Assembly (NCBI GenBank): GCA_028279805.1
Contig: JANQMZ010000007.1
Coordinates: forward strand, 690,001-722,000
Reading direction: 5' to 3'
DNA from: an archaeon
Lineage (GTDB): Archaea; Iainarchaeota; Iainarchaeia; Iainarchaeales; JANQMZ01
Length of the DNA stretch: 32,000 bases
Shown: positions 1 through 8,860 of the stretch, piece after piece
Layout: each line of letters opens with the position of its first letter
Numbering within the stretch: the stretch's first letter is position 1
Notes under the pieces: model-generated
Database searches by the model: none
What the model was told of the DNA's origin: nothing
What the model saw: the letters and a program-made list of their open reading frames with translations, nothing else
Translations under genes and position numbers: made by a program

Positions 1-2
1 AA

Positions 3-227
3 GCTGATGCTAAAAACGATTTTTATGTAGGAGGAAATCCTGTTGAAATTAAAAACATTTCAAATCTTGGAATAAATGAACAAAGAAAACTGCAGTTTGA
101 CATCCGGCCGAATCCTTCAAGGCTTGGACAGGTTTTGCCGGGCACTTATAATTTTAAAATTGTTTTCACATCAAACAATGAAACAATTCTGGAACAAACA
201 GCTGTACTTGTTGTTGAAAAAAATTAA
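3..227 (+). CDS. C-terminal fragment of an unidentified protein, possibly an extracellular beta-rich domain
   Basis: Open frame from the window edge: ADAKNDFYVGGNPVEIKNISNLGINEQRKLQFDIRPNPSRLGQVLPGTYNFKIVFTSNNETILEQTAVLVVEKN*. Translated by hand; not in the ORF track. Confidence 0.6.
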   Translation, partial: ADAKNDFYVGGNPVEIKNISNLGINEQRKLQFDIRPNPSRLGQVLPGTYNFKIVFTSNNETILEQTAVLVVEKN

Positions 228-255
228 TTCACAATTTTAAAGCTTTAAAAAATGT

Positions 256-546
256 TTAATATTTAATTTCAAAATCCTTAAAATGTTCCAATTCTTCAAA
301 TTCAGTCACAACATTTTCAACTTTTGAAGCAGGAGAGCCCTTTTCAATTTTTTGAACAAATTTTTTCAAATTTTTTTCGATGCCCTGGGCAACACATTCA
401 ACTTTTCCGTTTTCTAAATTTTTAACCCAGCCTTTCAACTTTAATTCTTCAGCCCATTTTTTTACATGTGCCCTGAAAAAAACTCCCTGAACTTTTCCGG
501 AAACAAAAATATGCATTTTTTCCATATTAAACAAACTGAAAAACAC
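256..546 (-). CDS. acyP: Acylphosphatase
   Basis: VSGKVQGVFFRAHVKKWAEELKLKGWVKNLENGKVE matches the acylphosphatase signature (GxVQGVxFR, GWVxNxxxGxVE). The start is probably the internal MHIFVSG. Confidence 0.93.
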   Translation of the reverse strand: MFFSLFNMEKMHIFVSGKVQGVFFRAHVKKWAEELKLKGWVKNLENGKVECVAQGIEKNLKKFVQKIEKGSPASKVENVVTEFEELEHFKDFEIKY

Positions 547-577
547 TTTTTTTATTTTTTTTTATTTTAAATTTATT

Positions 578-892
578 ATGAAAATTCTGCTTACAACAAC
601 CAAAAATGAAAAAGAAGCTCAAAAAATTTCAAAAGAGCTTTTAAAACAAAAACTTGCAGCCTGCTGTAACATTATTCCCGGAATAAAAAGCTTTTACTGG
701 TGGAAAGGCAGAATAGAATCAGATTCAGAATGCCTGCTTTTATGCAAAACCTCTGCTTTTAAACAAGAAAAAGCAGCTGAACTGGTTAAAAAAATGCATT
801 CATACGAGGTTCCAAGCATTGAATCTTTTGAGTTAAAAAACCTAAATTCTGACTACAAAAAATGGCTTGAAACAACGTTAAAACAGCCTTAA
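578..892 (+). CDS. cutA: CutA1 divalent-cation tolerance protein
   Basis: KLAACCNIIPGIKSFYWWKGRIESDSECLLLCKT and HSYEVPSIESF are characteristic CutA1 motifs. Confidence 0.95.
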   Translation: MKILLTTTKNEKEAQKISKELLKQKLAACCNIIPGIKSFYWWKGRIESDSECLLLCKTSAFKQEKAAELVKKMHSYEVPSIESFELKNLNSDYKKWLETTLKQP

Positions 893-946
893 AAATGGTT
901 AATTTTGGCAAAAGCTTTTATTAACTTTATAATCCCTATTGTTATT

Positions 947-1025
947 GGAAGCGAGGGGTTCGGGTTCTATTTCATAGGCCTGATCAACCAACTCTCTTAG
1001 CAAACCCTTGCTTCCTCTTTTTTTT
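947..1025 (+). ncRNA. Candidate structured small RNA or 5' leader element
   Basis: GGAAGCGAGGG (947-957) pairs with CCCTTGCTTCC (1005-1015), 11 bp including one G-T pair. An inner CTAT-TTC-ATAG hairpin (967-977) and a GGTT/AACC pairing (963-966/986-989) are possible. A run of 8 T follows at 1018-1025. AT-rich promoter-like sequence (TTTTATTAA, TTTATAAT) lies at 916-933. No known family recognised. Confidence 0.35.
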
Positions 1026-1034
1026 GTGATTGTA

Positions 1035-1574
1035 ATGTCTTTGGAGCAGGTGCATTCTCAAATTGTTTCCTGCACCAAATGTTCCTTGCATGAAAACAGG
1101 ACAAATGCTGTTCCCGGTGAAGGGAACAGGAATGCAAAAATTTTTTTTGTAGGAGAAGCTCCGGGAAGAAATGAAGATTTAACAGGAAAACCTTTTGTGG
1201 GTTCTGCTGGAAAAATTTTAACACAGCTTTTGGAAGAAAACGGTTTTTCAAGAGAAAATGTTTTCATAACTTCTATTTTAAAATGCCGTCCTCCTAAAAA
1301 CAGAAACCCGCATCAGAATGAAATTAAGGCATGTTCTCCTTATTTAACCCGGCAGATAAATTTAATAAAACCAAAACTTTTGGTTTCATTGGGGCAAACC
1401 GCTTTGTCTTTTTTTTCAAAAAACTCTAAACTAAGTGAAAAAAGAGGAACTTTGTTTGATTTTGAAAATTTTAAAGTGTTTTCAACTTATCATCCTGCCG
1501 CAGTTATTTATAACAGAACTCTTTTATCTGAATTAAAAAAAGATTTTAAAAAAATTTCAAAACTTGTTGTTTAA
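1035..1574 (+). CDS. Family 4 (Fe-S) uracil-DNA glycosylase
   Basis: CTKCSLHENRTNAVPGEG, FFVGEAPGRNEDLTGKPFVGSAGK, TSILKCRPPKNRNPHQNEIKAC and TYHPAAVIYN are all family-4 motifs including the cluster cysteines. The tracked ORF begins at 1008; the MSLEQ start at 1035 is more likely. Confidence 0.94.
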   Translation: MSLEQVHSQIVSCTKCSLHENRTNAVPGEGNRNAKIFFVGEAPGRNEDLTGKPFVGSAGKILTQLLEENGFSRENVFITSILKCRPPKNRNPHQNEIKACSPYLTRQINLIKPKLLVSLGQTALSFFSKNSKLSEKRGTLFDFENFKVFSTYHPAAVIYNRTLLSELKKDFKKISKLVV

Positions 1575-2134
1575 TTTTTTCCTTTTATTTTGCTTGAACC
1601 TGGCCCTTTTTGTTTTAAGTATTTGCTTCCTTTTCTTTTATTGTAAGGTGTTTTGCTGGGACTTGACAATTCTTCAAAAGTTATTCTGCATATTTTCATT
1701 CCAGGCCAGAGTGAAACAGGAAGTTTTGAAATATTGGCAAGTTCAAGTGTTAGTTGTCCTTCAAACCCGGGATCAACTGAACCTGCAGTTGAATGAATAA
1801 CCAAACCTAATCTTCCAAGAGAGCTTCTCCCGTCAAGCCTTGCAATCAAATCGTCAGGCATTTTGACATATTCAATAGTGCTTGCCAGAACCAGTTCGCC
1901 CGGATGAATTGTAAAAGGTTTTCCTTTTTTTATTTTAATTAATTCTGTTAAATCGTTTGACAAGCCTTTTTTTGAATCAATATGAGTCATTTCAGTGTGT
2001 TTAAAAACCCTGAATGTTTTATCAAGCCTTAAATCAATTGAGGCAACTGAAATGTTTTTTTTATCCACATTTTTGATTTTAATTCTTTTTTCTTTTATTG
2101 CTTTTTTTATATCCTTATCGCTTAAAACTGCCAT
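1571..2134 (-). CDS. dcd: dCTP deaminase (possibly bifunctional DCD-DUT)
   Basis: MAVLSDKDIKKAI, ASIDLRLDKTFRVF, LDGRSSLGRLGLVIHSTAGSVDPGFEGQLTLELAN are the classic Dcd/Dut fold motifs. Confidence 0.95.
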   Translation of the reverse strand: MAVLSDKDIKKAIKEKRIKIKNVDKKNISVASIDLRLDKTFRVFKHTEMTHIDSKKGLSNDLTELIKIKKGKPFTIHPGELVLASTIEYVKMPDDLIARLDGRSSLGRLGLVIHSTAGSVDPGFEGQLTLELANISKLPVSLWPGMKICRITFEELSSPSKTPYNKRKGSKYLKQKGPGSSKIKGKN

Positions 2135-3189
2135 TATTTTTCACCTAAAATTGTAAGAACATTTTCCTTAAATGGTTTAAGTTTTTCTCTCGGAATCCTT
2201 CCGCCGGCTGCCGGAACATGCCCTCCTCCGCTTCCTATTCCGTCTGTTGCTTTTTCAAGCAGTTCATTCATTTTAATTTTAAAATCCTGCCTTCTTGCTG
2301 ACAATGTTAAATGTGTTTTTCCCAAGTCCTGTACAACAACAAGAGTTTTGTCATAATATTTTTGTGATAAAGTGTTGCTTACAAAACTTTTAATGTCATA
2401 TTTTGGTTTTATTATAAAAAAATACAAACCAATTTTTTCATAAAATTCAGCATTTTCAAAATCTTTCAGCCATTTGTCAGCTTCTTCTTTCAATTTTTTA
2501 ACATCTTTTTGAAACACACTTTGTTTCATTTCATCTGAATTTTTTGCATTAACAAATTCAATTACAAGTTCGTCAAATTTTTCCGGTTCAACAGTTTCAA
2601 CAGCATTAATCAGTTCTGTTAATTGTTCTAATTCTTTTAAATTTGTTGAATTTTTTTCATAAGTCTGTTCAAAAAAATCTTTCCATTGTTCAAATCCCAT
2701 GTCCCCAAGAATTCCGCAGCAAACAATCCATTGGAATTCTTCCAAACTGGTTTGTGCTGAAAACAAATCAAAGCACAGTTTTGATGCCGGATATTTGCTC
2801 GGATCAATGTCTGAAATAAAACTTGCTTTAATGAAAAGGGTTTTATCAGATTCAAGATTTTGATACACTTTATGATGGTCTATTATTAATACATCTGCAA
2901 ATTTTTCAAATTGTTTTATTTTTTCACCCATTGAATCAACAGACAAATCAACCATTATTATTTTTTTAAAATTCTTTTTTTCAAGTTCGGGAATAAGGCT
3001 TAAAATTTCATCATATTCCACTGCCTGCATAAAATCAGGTTTTTTTCCGGTTATTTTTTCAAGAGCTTTAAATGTGATTATTCCCGAGCCAAGCCCATCC
3101 GGGTCCCTGTGGTGCAAAACAGCTGTTTTTTGTTTTTGAATGTTTTCAAAAAAATTTTTGACTTTTTTTTGATATTTTTCAAGGCTCAT
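2134..3189 (-). CDS. DHH/DHHA1 family phosphoesterase, archaeal RecJ-like
   Basis: HHRDPDGLGSG, MVDLS, LIIDHHK and a C-terminal GSGGGHVPAAGG (DHHA1) motif. Confidence 0.88.
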   Translation of the reverse strand: MSLEKYQKKVKNFFENIQKQKTAVLHHRDPDGLGSGIITFKALEKITGKKPDFMQAVEYDEILSLIPELEKKNFKKIIMVDLSVDSMGEKIKQFEKFADVLIIDHHKVYQNLESDKTLFIKASFISDIDPSKYPASKLCFDLFSAQTSLEEFQWIVCCGILGDMGFEQWKDFFEQTYEKNSTNLKELEQLTELINAVETVEPEKFDELVIEFVNAKNSDEMKQSVFQKDVKKLKEEADKWLKDFENAEFYEKIGLYFFIIKPKYDIKSFVSNTLSQKYYDKTLVVVQDLGKTHLTLSARRQDFKIKMNELLEKATDGIGSGGGHVPAAGGRIPREKLKPFKENVLTILGEK

Positions 3190-3259
3190 TATTCAAAAAA
3201 AGCCCAGAAAAGTTTAATAATGAAAACGTGTTCATTGTAGTGATTTTAGGGGTGTTAGA

Positions 3260-3424
3260 ATGGGTTTTTCTCATGAGAACAGTAAAGGCGTAACCTATCA
3301 TTTGCACAAAAGAGGGCATTTATATTTTTTTTCAAAAAACCCTGAAGATTCGGTTGAAAAGCCGCCTGGTTATACTGTTGTTGAAAACAAAAAAACCGGC
3401 TTGCCTATGCTCAAAAAAGAGTAA
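3260..3424 (+). CDS. Small protein of unknown function (54 aa)
   Basis: Hand translation: MGFSHENSKGVTYHLHKRGHLYFFSKNPEDSVEKPPGYTVVENKKTGLPMLKKE*. Intact frame filling the gap between two genes. Not in the ORF track, probably because of a length cutoff. Confidence 0.7.
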   Translation: MGFSHENSKGVTYHLHKRGHLYFFSKNPEDSVEKPPGYTVVENKKTGLPMLKKE

Positions 3425-3477
3425 AACTAACACGCTTGTTTTAAATATCTTTTTTTGAATATTTTTAATAATTTAAA

Positions 3478-5286
3478 GTGATTTTTTTGGCTAAATACAG
3501 AATTAAAACTTTTGACAAAGAAGTTAAAGAATATAAAACGGAACTGAAAAAATTTGCAAAAAACAAAACCGTTTCCTTGCTTGTGGATTTTCACAACAAA
3601 AAAGCATATTATTCTGTTGCACCTTTGTCAAGAGCATTGCATGAATTAAATGCTGATGTTCGTGTTATTTTTTTAACACAAAAAAAGAAATCAGAAAACC
3701 TAAAAATAGTTGAAAACATCTGGAATTCCTTTAACGATTTAAAAAATGGAGTCAAAAACAAAAAAACTCTTGCTTTAAAAGATTTTATTGATTCTGTTAA
3801 CAAAAAAACAAAAAGCAAAGAGTTTGAAAAAATTTTCAAAGGCCCTGATGTTATAATTGAAACCCGGAAAAACAGTTTCATAATAACAAGCCATGACAAC
3901 AAAAAAATTTTGTTCAGAAACAAATGGTTTAAACCGAGAATGCAGGGCAAACTTTTAAACACGTGCAGGTTAATGGTAAAAGACTGTTATAATTTAAAAC
4001 GAAATGAAACATTAGCTTTATCCTGTGAATTAATTCCAAGAAAAAAAGACCTGGATTTGCCTCTGGATGATTATCTGGATAATTTTGTTATCGGCAGAGC
4101 TTTTGGAAAAGCTGTTTTGCAAAAAGCAAAACTTGGTTTTTCAACAGTAAGCCCCAAATTTTCAAAATTAATTCCTATGAACCGCTTGTCTGATTTGTCA
4201 ACAACAATTGCCGGATGTGAATATTCCAAAAATTCAAAGGAAACAATTTTTAAAAAATTTAAAAAAGTTTCAAAACAGTTTAAAATTCATAAATGGAAAA
4301 ATCCGGATGCGGTTTTTGCCATTATAGGCAAAGGCAGGGGCGGAAAACATTTTTTGGGCACAACAATCGGCTATCCGTCTCCTAACGGCAAAACACGCTG
4401 GCCTTCTCCCGGAGTCATGTTTTTGAAACCATGGTGGAACCAGCAAACCAAGCTTGACCCAAGGCCGCCTCAGTCACGTGTTTCCATAACCGAGACACTG
4501 CCTGTTGAAAACTTTATACGCACATGCAATGTGGATTACGGGGAAATGAGACGCAGGGACGCGGCAATAAAATCAATTATTGAAAAATGTTCAAAACTTT
4601 TTGTTAAAGGAAAAAAAACAAGGCATGGAAGAACAGACTTTGTTATTGATTTGATTCCGAAAGGAAATAAAACAAGACTGATTCAGACAAGTGATTCGGA
4701 TATGCGCTGGAAAATGGATAAAGAAATTTTTAAAAAATTCAAAGTTAAAGCGGGAATGTTTGACAATTGCCCGGGAGGCGAGGCGTTTTTCACACCGGAA
4801 TCAATTTCAGGCGTTGTAATAGGTGATGTTGTAATAAATCTGGACCAGAGCTATGTTTTATCTTCAAAAAATCCTGTGGTTTACAAATTTGAAAAAGGAA
4901 ACTGGAAAATATTAAAAGCTCCTGCAAAAATAAAAAAAATAATGAAAAAAGAATTAAATGAATCAAAAAAACTCATTAAACTTTATAAAAAGAAAAAATC
5001 TTTGCCTTCAAAAGTTATTAAAGATTATGAAAAAAATTTTTACAGAGTGGGGGAATTTGCCATTAATACAAATCCGCATGCCAAGCTCAGCCGTTATTTA
5101 ATTGAAAATGAAAAAATTGCAAGAATGATTCATCTGGCAATGGGTTCTGGTTTTGAACCGGACCGGCAAACATTATACCACTGGGACACGGTTGTCAATT
5201 CGCCAAAACAAAAACTTGACATTTTTGGCACTGATAAAAAAGGAAAAGAACACTGGATTATCAAAAAAGGCGCGTTTGTGGCATGA
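3478..5286 (+). CDS. Aminopeptidase-like protein (M29/aminopeptidase T-like fold)
   Basis: 602 aa. C-terminal EFAINTNPHAKLSRYLIENEKIARMIHLAMGSGF...HWDTVV with NCPGGEAFFTPES resembles M29-type metallopeptidases. The family call is from motif recognition only. Confidence 0.6.
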   Translation: MIFLAKYRIKTFDKEVKEYKTELKKFAKNKTVSLLVDFHNKKAYYSVAPLSRALHELNADVRVIFLTQKKKSENLKIVENIWNSFNDLKNGVKNKKTLALKDFIDSVNKKTKSKEFEKIFKGPDVIIETRKNSFIITSHDNKKILFRNKWFKPRMQGKLLNTCRLMVKDCYNLKRNETLALSCELIPRKKDLDLPLDDYLDNFVIGRAFGKAVLQKAKLGFSTVSPKFSKLIPMNRLSDLSTTIAGCEYSKNSKETIFKKFKKVSKQFKIHKWKNPDAVFAIIGKGRGGKHFLGTTIGYPSPNGKTRWPSPGVMFLKPWWNQQTKLDPRPPQSRVSITETLPVENFIRTCNVDYGEMRRRDAAIKSIIEKCSKLFVKGKKTRHGRTDFVIDLIPKGNKTRLIQTSDSDMRWKMDKEIFKKFKVKAGMFDNCPGGEAFFTPESISGVVIGDVVINLDQSYVLSSKNPVVYKFEKGNWKILKAPAKIKKIMKKELNESKKLIKLYKKKKSLPSKVIKDYEKNFYRVGEFAINTNPHAKLSRYLIENEKIARMIHLAMGSGFEPDRQTLYHWDTVVNSPKQKLDIFGTDKKGKEHWIIKKGAFVA

Positions 5287-6338
5287 AAAGCAAAATAAAA
5301 CAATTGTTTAAAACAGTTAAAGCCAGCCAAATACTAATTTCAAATTTTTCTTATCAGGATCCTTTTTTTTATTATTTTACTCAGCTGCCTTTTAATCATT
5401 ATAAGCATAGTTTTTTGGTTTTAAAAAAAAATTCAAAACCTTTGCTTTTTGTTTCTCCTTTGGAATTTTCTTCGGCTAAAAAACTAAAAAATTTTAAAGT
5501 AAAAGCTTTTTCAGACAGACTTTTCAAAGACTTACAAAAAGAGTTTTCTTCCAAAAAAATGGGTTTTAATGCTGCAGGACTGTCAAAAAAAGAGTTTTCT
5601 TTTTTTAAAAAAAAATTTAAGGGAAAAAAGTTTGAGGATGTGAGCAAACAGCTTTTTGATTTAAGATTTGTTAAAACCAAAAAAGAGTTAAAAAGCTTAA
5701 AAAAAGCCTGTTCAATTGCCCAAAAAACTTTGAATTCTGTTCCTCAAATTTTTAAAAAAAACATGACTGAAAAAGAACTTGCATTAGAACTAGAATTTGT
5801 TGCAAGGGATTTTGGAGCAGACTCCCTGTCTTTTCCTGCAATAGTTGCTTTAAAAAAAAATTCTTCCCAGCCTCATCACATTCCTTCAAATAAAAAAATT
5901 TCAAAAGGATTGCTGTTAATAGATTTCGGGGTTAAAAAAAACAATTATTGTTCGGATATTACAAGAATGTTTTCAGTGGGAAAACCTTCAAAAAAACACC
6001 AGGAACTGTATTCCTGGCTTTTTGGCATTCAAAGAAAAACAATTTCAATGCTTAAACCAAAAGCAAAACTTTTTTCTCTTCAAAAATTTGTTGAAAAAAA
6101 ATTAAATGAAAAAAATTTTAACTTAATTCATTCAATAGGGCACGGAATAGGAATTCAGACACATGATTTTCCCCCAATTTCCAAAAAAACAAACATTGTT
6201 GCTGAAAAAAACATGGTTTTTGCAGTTGAACCTGCTTTTTATTTAAAAAATTTCGGAATGCGCATTGAAGACAATGTTGTTGTTCAAAAAAAACCAAAAC
6301 TTTTAACTTTTGCTTCAAAAAAACTGGAACAAATTTAG
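5283..6338 (+). CDS. M24 family peptidase (Xaa-Pro aminopeptidase-like)
   Basis: LLIDFGVKKNNYCSDITRMFSVGKPS, IHSIGHGIGIQTHDFP, MVFAVEPAFYLKNFGMRIEDNVVV carry the metal-ligand motifs of the pita-bread fold. Overlaps the previous gene by ATGA. Confidence 0.9.
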   Translation: MKSKIKQLFKTVKASQILISNFSYQDPFFYYFTQLPFNHYKHSFLVLKKNSKPLLFVSPLEFSSAKKLKNFKVKAFSDRLFKDLQKEFSSKKMGFNAAGLSKKEFSFFKKKFKGKKFEDVSKQLFDLRFVKTKKELKSLKKACSIAQKTLNSVPQIFKKNMTEKELALELEFVARDFGADSLSFPAIVALKKNSSQPHHIPSNKKISKGLLLIDFGVKKNNYCSDITRMFSVGKPSKKHQELYSWLFGIQRKTISMLKPKAKLFSLQKFVEKKLNEKNFNLIHSIGHGIGIQTHDFPPISKKTNIVAEKNMVFAVEPAFYLKNFGMRIEDNVVVQKKPKLLTFASKKLEQI

Positions 6339-6733
6339 TTTGCAATTGTTCCCGCACATGAAAGAATAACTTTAACTGTTTGCCCGTTATCTTTTAACAT
6401 TGTTATTTCAAGTTCTCCGTTAAAAGAATTTTGTTCCGGCAGGCTTATTCCCTGTATGAACAAAAAAGAAGATTTTTCCAAAACAGTTTGAGGCAAAAGA
6501 GTTACTGAACTGTTTTCAAAATCGTTTTTTCCATTAACCGAAATATTCACAATATCTGAATTTGAATGGTTTAATAAAACAAAATTTCCAAAACCGTTGT
6601 CAAAAGAATAATCCGTCAAAACAAAATCTTCACTGTTTGTCCTGCATGCTTCCCCGTAAGCAGGTGCAAGAAAAAACCACCAAATCAACCCCATTAAAAC
6701 TATTAACAAAACAATTTTTTTTCGCATGTTCAA
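6335..6733 (-). CDS. Predicted secreted or membrane-anchored protein, unknown function
   Basis: N-terminal MNMRKKIVLLIVLMGLIWWFFLAPAYG signal/TM segment followed by an approximately 100-aa beta-rich domain. Confidence 0.6.
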   Translation of the reverse strand: MNMRKKIVLLIVLMGLIWWFFLAPAYGEACRTNSEDFVLTDYSFDNGFGNFVLLNHSNSDIVNISVNGKNDFENSSVTLLPQTVLEKSSFLFIQGISLPEQNSFNGELEITMLKDNGQTVKVILSCAGTIAN

Positions 6734-6792
6734 TTTAAGCCTATGTTAAAACTGTTTAATAATTTTTTCCAGCAAAAGTTTTAACGGTTTAA

Positions 6793-7536
6793 ATGGATTT
6801 TGAGCAGGCTAAAGAAACAATTTTCCACGCTTTAAGCAAAAAAAACATGATTTTATGCATAGGAAAATGCTATGTTGAATACTGGGGAAGGGCAGCTTCA
6901 AAATTGCCCAAAGGAAAAAGAATGCTTTTAATCAAAGGAGATAATTCTTTTGCAATTCACCAAAACAGGTTGTTAAGGCCTGTTAATTATATGATGAATT
7001 GCCAAATTTCTCAAAAAATTTCAGACAATGCATTAATACTTGAAGCGAGAAAAACAAAACCAAAAGAAACAATGAAAGTTTTTTTTTATTCAATTGATTT
7101 TCTTGAAACTTTTAAAATGGATGAATCACATGATTTAAGATTATTTGGCTCTGAAAAAGAATTATCAGACTTGTTAGCAGAAGATTTGTCTTTTATTGAA
7201 CCCGGTTTAAAGCCTTTTAAAAGAGAAGGATTGTTAAGGCAGGGTGTTGTTGACATTTTAGCTGAAGACAAGCAGGGCAACCTGGTTGTGATTGAAGTTA
7301 AAAGAAGGCTTGCTTCTTATAATGCGGTTTCACAACTGCAAAGATATATGAAACAGGTTGAAAAAATGAAAAACAGGAAAACTCGCGGCATTCTCATAGC
7401 ACCTGACATTGTTAAACCTGCTCATGAGTTACTGGAAAATTATGGCCTGGAATTTATGAAACTTGATTTTGATATCGGAAATCCTGAGGCAAAAATTAAG
7501 GGCTTGACAAAAAAACAAACAACATTGTTTGATTAA
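6793..7536 (+). CDS. nucS: NucS/EndoMS endonuclease
   Basis: KRMLLIKGDNSFAIHQNRLLRPVNYM, LRQGVVDILAEDKQGNLVVIEVKRRLASYNAVSQLQRYM: NucS core and RecB-like nuclease motifs. Ends QTTLFD*. Confidence 0.93.
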   Translation: MDFEQAKETIFHALSKKNMILCIGKCYVEYWGRAASKLPKGKRMLLIKGDNSFAIHQNRLLRPVNYMMNCQISQKISDNALILEARKTKPKETMKVFFYSIDFLETFKMDESHDLRLFGSEKELSDLLAEDLSFIEPGLKPFKREGLLRQGVVDILAEDKQGNLVVIEVKRRLASYNAVSQLQRYMKQVEKMKNRKTRGILIAPDIVKPAHELLENYGLEFMKLDFDIGNPEAKIKGLTKKQTTLFD

Positions 7537-8792
7537 ATTTTTGAACCCCAGTATTTGTCCCCGATTAATTCCATTATTCTCAAAAGCTGGTTGTATTTGG
7601 CGTTCCTGTCACTTCTGGCAGGAGCTCCAAATTTGCTCTGGCTTGCCCCCAATCCAACAACCATGTCTGAAATAAAACAATCCTCGGTTTCTCCGCTGCG
7701 ATGTGACTGAACAACATTCCAATTGTTTTCAAAAGCCATTTTTGCAGCTTCAACTGATTCCGTTAAAGTGCCAATCTGATTAACTTTTAAAAGCAAAGCA
7801 TTGCATGCTTTTTTTTGAACCGCTGTCTTAATTCTTTCAACATTTGTAACAAGCAAATCATCTCCGACTATCTGTATTTTGCTGCCAAGTTTTGAATTTA
7901 GTTTTTGCCATCCGTTCCAGTCTTCTTCATGCATTCCGTCTTCAATGGAAAAAATGTTAAAAGTGGAAGCTAAGTCAGCATAATAGTCAACCAATTCATC
8001 TGAAGAATATTCTTTTCCCCATAAATTGTATTTTTTGTCTGAATAAAATTCTGATGAAGCGGAATCTAATGCTATTAAAATTTCTTTTTCATAACCAGCT
8101 TCCTGAACCGCTTTCATTATTATTTCAAGCCTGTCATGAGTGTTTTCAATAGGGGGAACAAAACCACCTTCATCTCCCAGAGCTATTGCATTTGCTCCGA
8201 ATTTTTGTTTTAACATTTTTTTTAATTCATGATAAGATTCAACTGATGCCTTTATTGCTGAATAAAAGTTTTTACTTTTAACAGGCATTATCATATGTTC
8301 CTGTATATCATTTTCCATTCCTGCATGTTTTCCCCCGTTTATGACATTCAATTGGGGCACGGGAAGCAAAAAATTTTTATTATCTGAAATTTTTCCAATA
8401 AACTGAAACAATTCAAGTTCTTCCTGTGCAGCAAAAGCTTTTGAAAAAGATAATGAAACCGAAAGCAAAGCGTTTGCTCCGAGGTTTGACTTGTTTTCCG
8501 TTCCGTCAATTTTAATTAAATTTGAATCAAAATCTTTTTGAGAATCAAATTTTTGTCCGATAATTTTTTCTGAAATTTTTTCATTAACATTTTTTACGGC
8601 TTTTAAAACACTTTTTCCTGAAAAATCTTTTTCTTTATCCCTTAATTCCAGTGCCTCCAGTGTTCCCGTTGAAGCACCGCTTGGCACAGCAGCCCTGAAA
8701 ATTCCTTTACCTGTTTTCAAATCACATTCGATTGTAGGATTGCCTCTTGAGTCAAAAATCTGCCTGGCTTTCAATCCTGTTATTTTAAGCAT
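7533..8792 (-). CDS. eno: Enolase
   Basis: ARQIFDSRGNPTIECDL, AVPSGASTGTLEALELRD, QIVGDDLLVTNVERI, LLKVNQIGTLTE, VVQSHRSGETEDCFISD. Confidence 0.97.
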   Translation of the reverse strand: MLKITGLKARQIFDSRGNPTIECDLKTGKGIFRAAVPSGASTGTLEALELRDKEKDFSGKSVLKAVKNVNEKISEKIIGQKFDSQKDFDSNLIKIDGTENKSNLGANALLSVSLSFSKAFAAQEELELFQFIGKISDNKNFLLPVPQLNVINGGKHAGMENDIQEHMIMPVKSKNFYSAIKASVESYHELKKMLKQKFGANAIALGDEGGFVPPIENTHDRLEIIMKAVQEAGYEKEILIALDSASSEFYSDKKYNLWGKEYSSDELVDYYADLASTFNIFSIEDGMHEEDWNGWQKLNSKLGSKIQIVGDDLLVTNVERIKTAVQKKACNALLLKVNQIGTLTESVEAAKMAFENNWNVVQSHRSGETEDCFISDMVVGLGASQSKFGAPARSDRNAKYNQLLRIMELIGDKYWGSKI

Positions 8793-8860
8793 AATTAAAA
8801 GCTATCATAAAAAGCTTTAAATAAACAATTACGCCCATTTTTTTAAAAAAAGGTGTTTTA

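Noticed and set aside
984-998. 15-nt sequence TCAACCAACTCTCTT repeated at 18573-18587
   Set aside because: An exact 15-mer match is expected roughly by chance in a 32-kb AT-rich window. At 18573 it is the RBS region of the 17997-18572 gene, so a shared function is unsupported.
947-1015. Possible tRNA or split/permuted tRNA
   Set aside because: I tried to fit a cloverleaf on both strands. The closing stem is too long and there is no convincing T-arm (GGTTC...), D-arm or anticodon arm.
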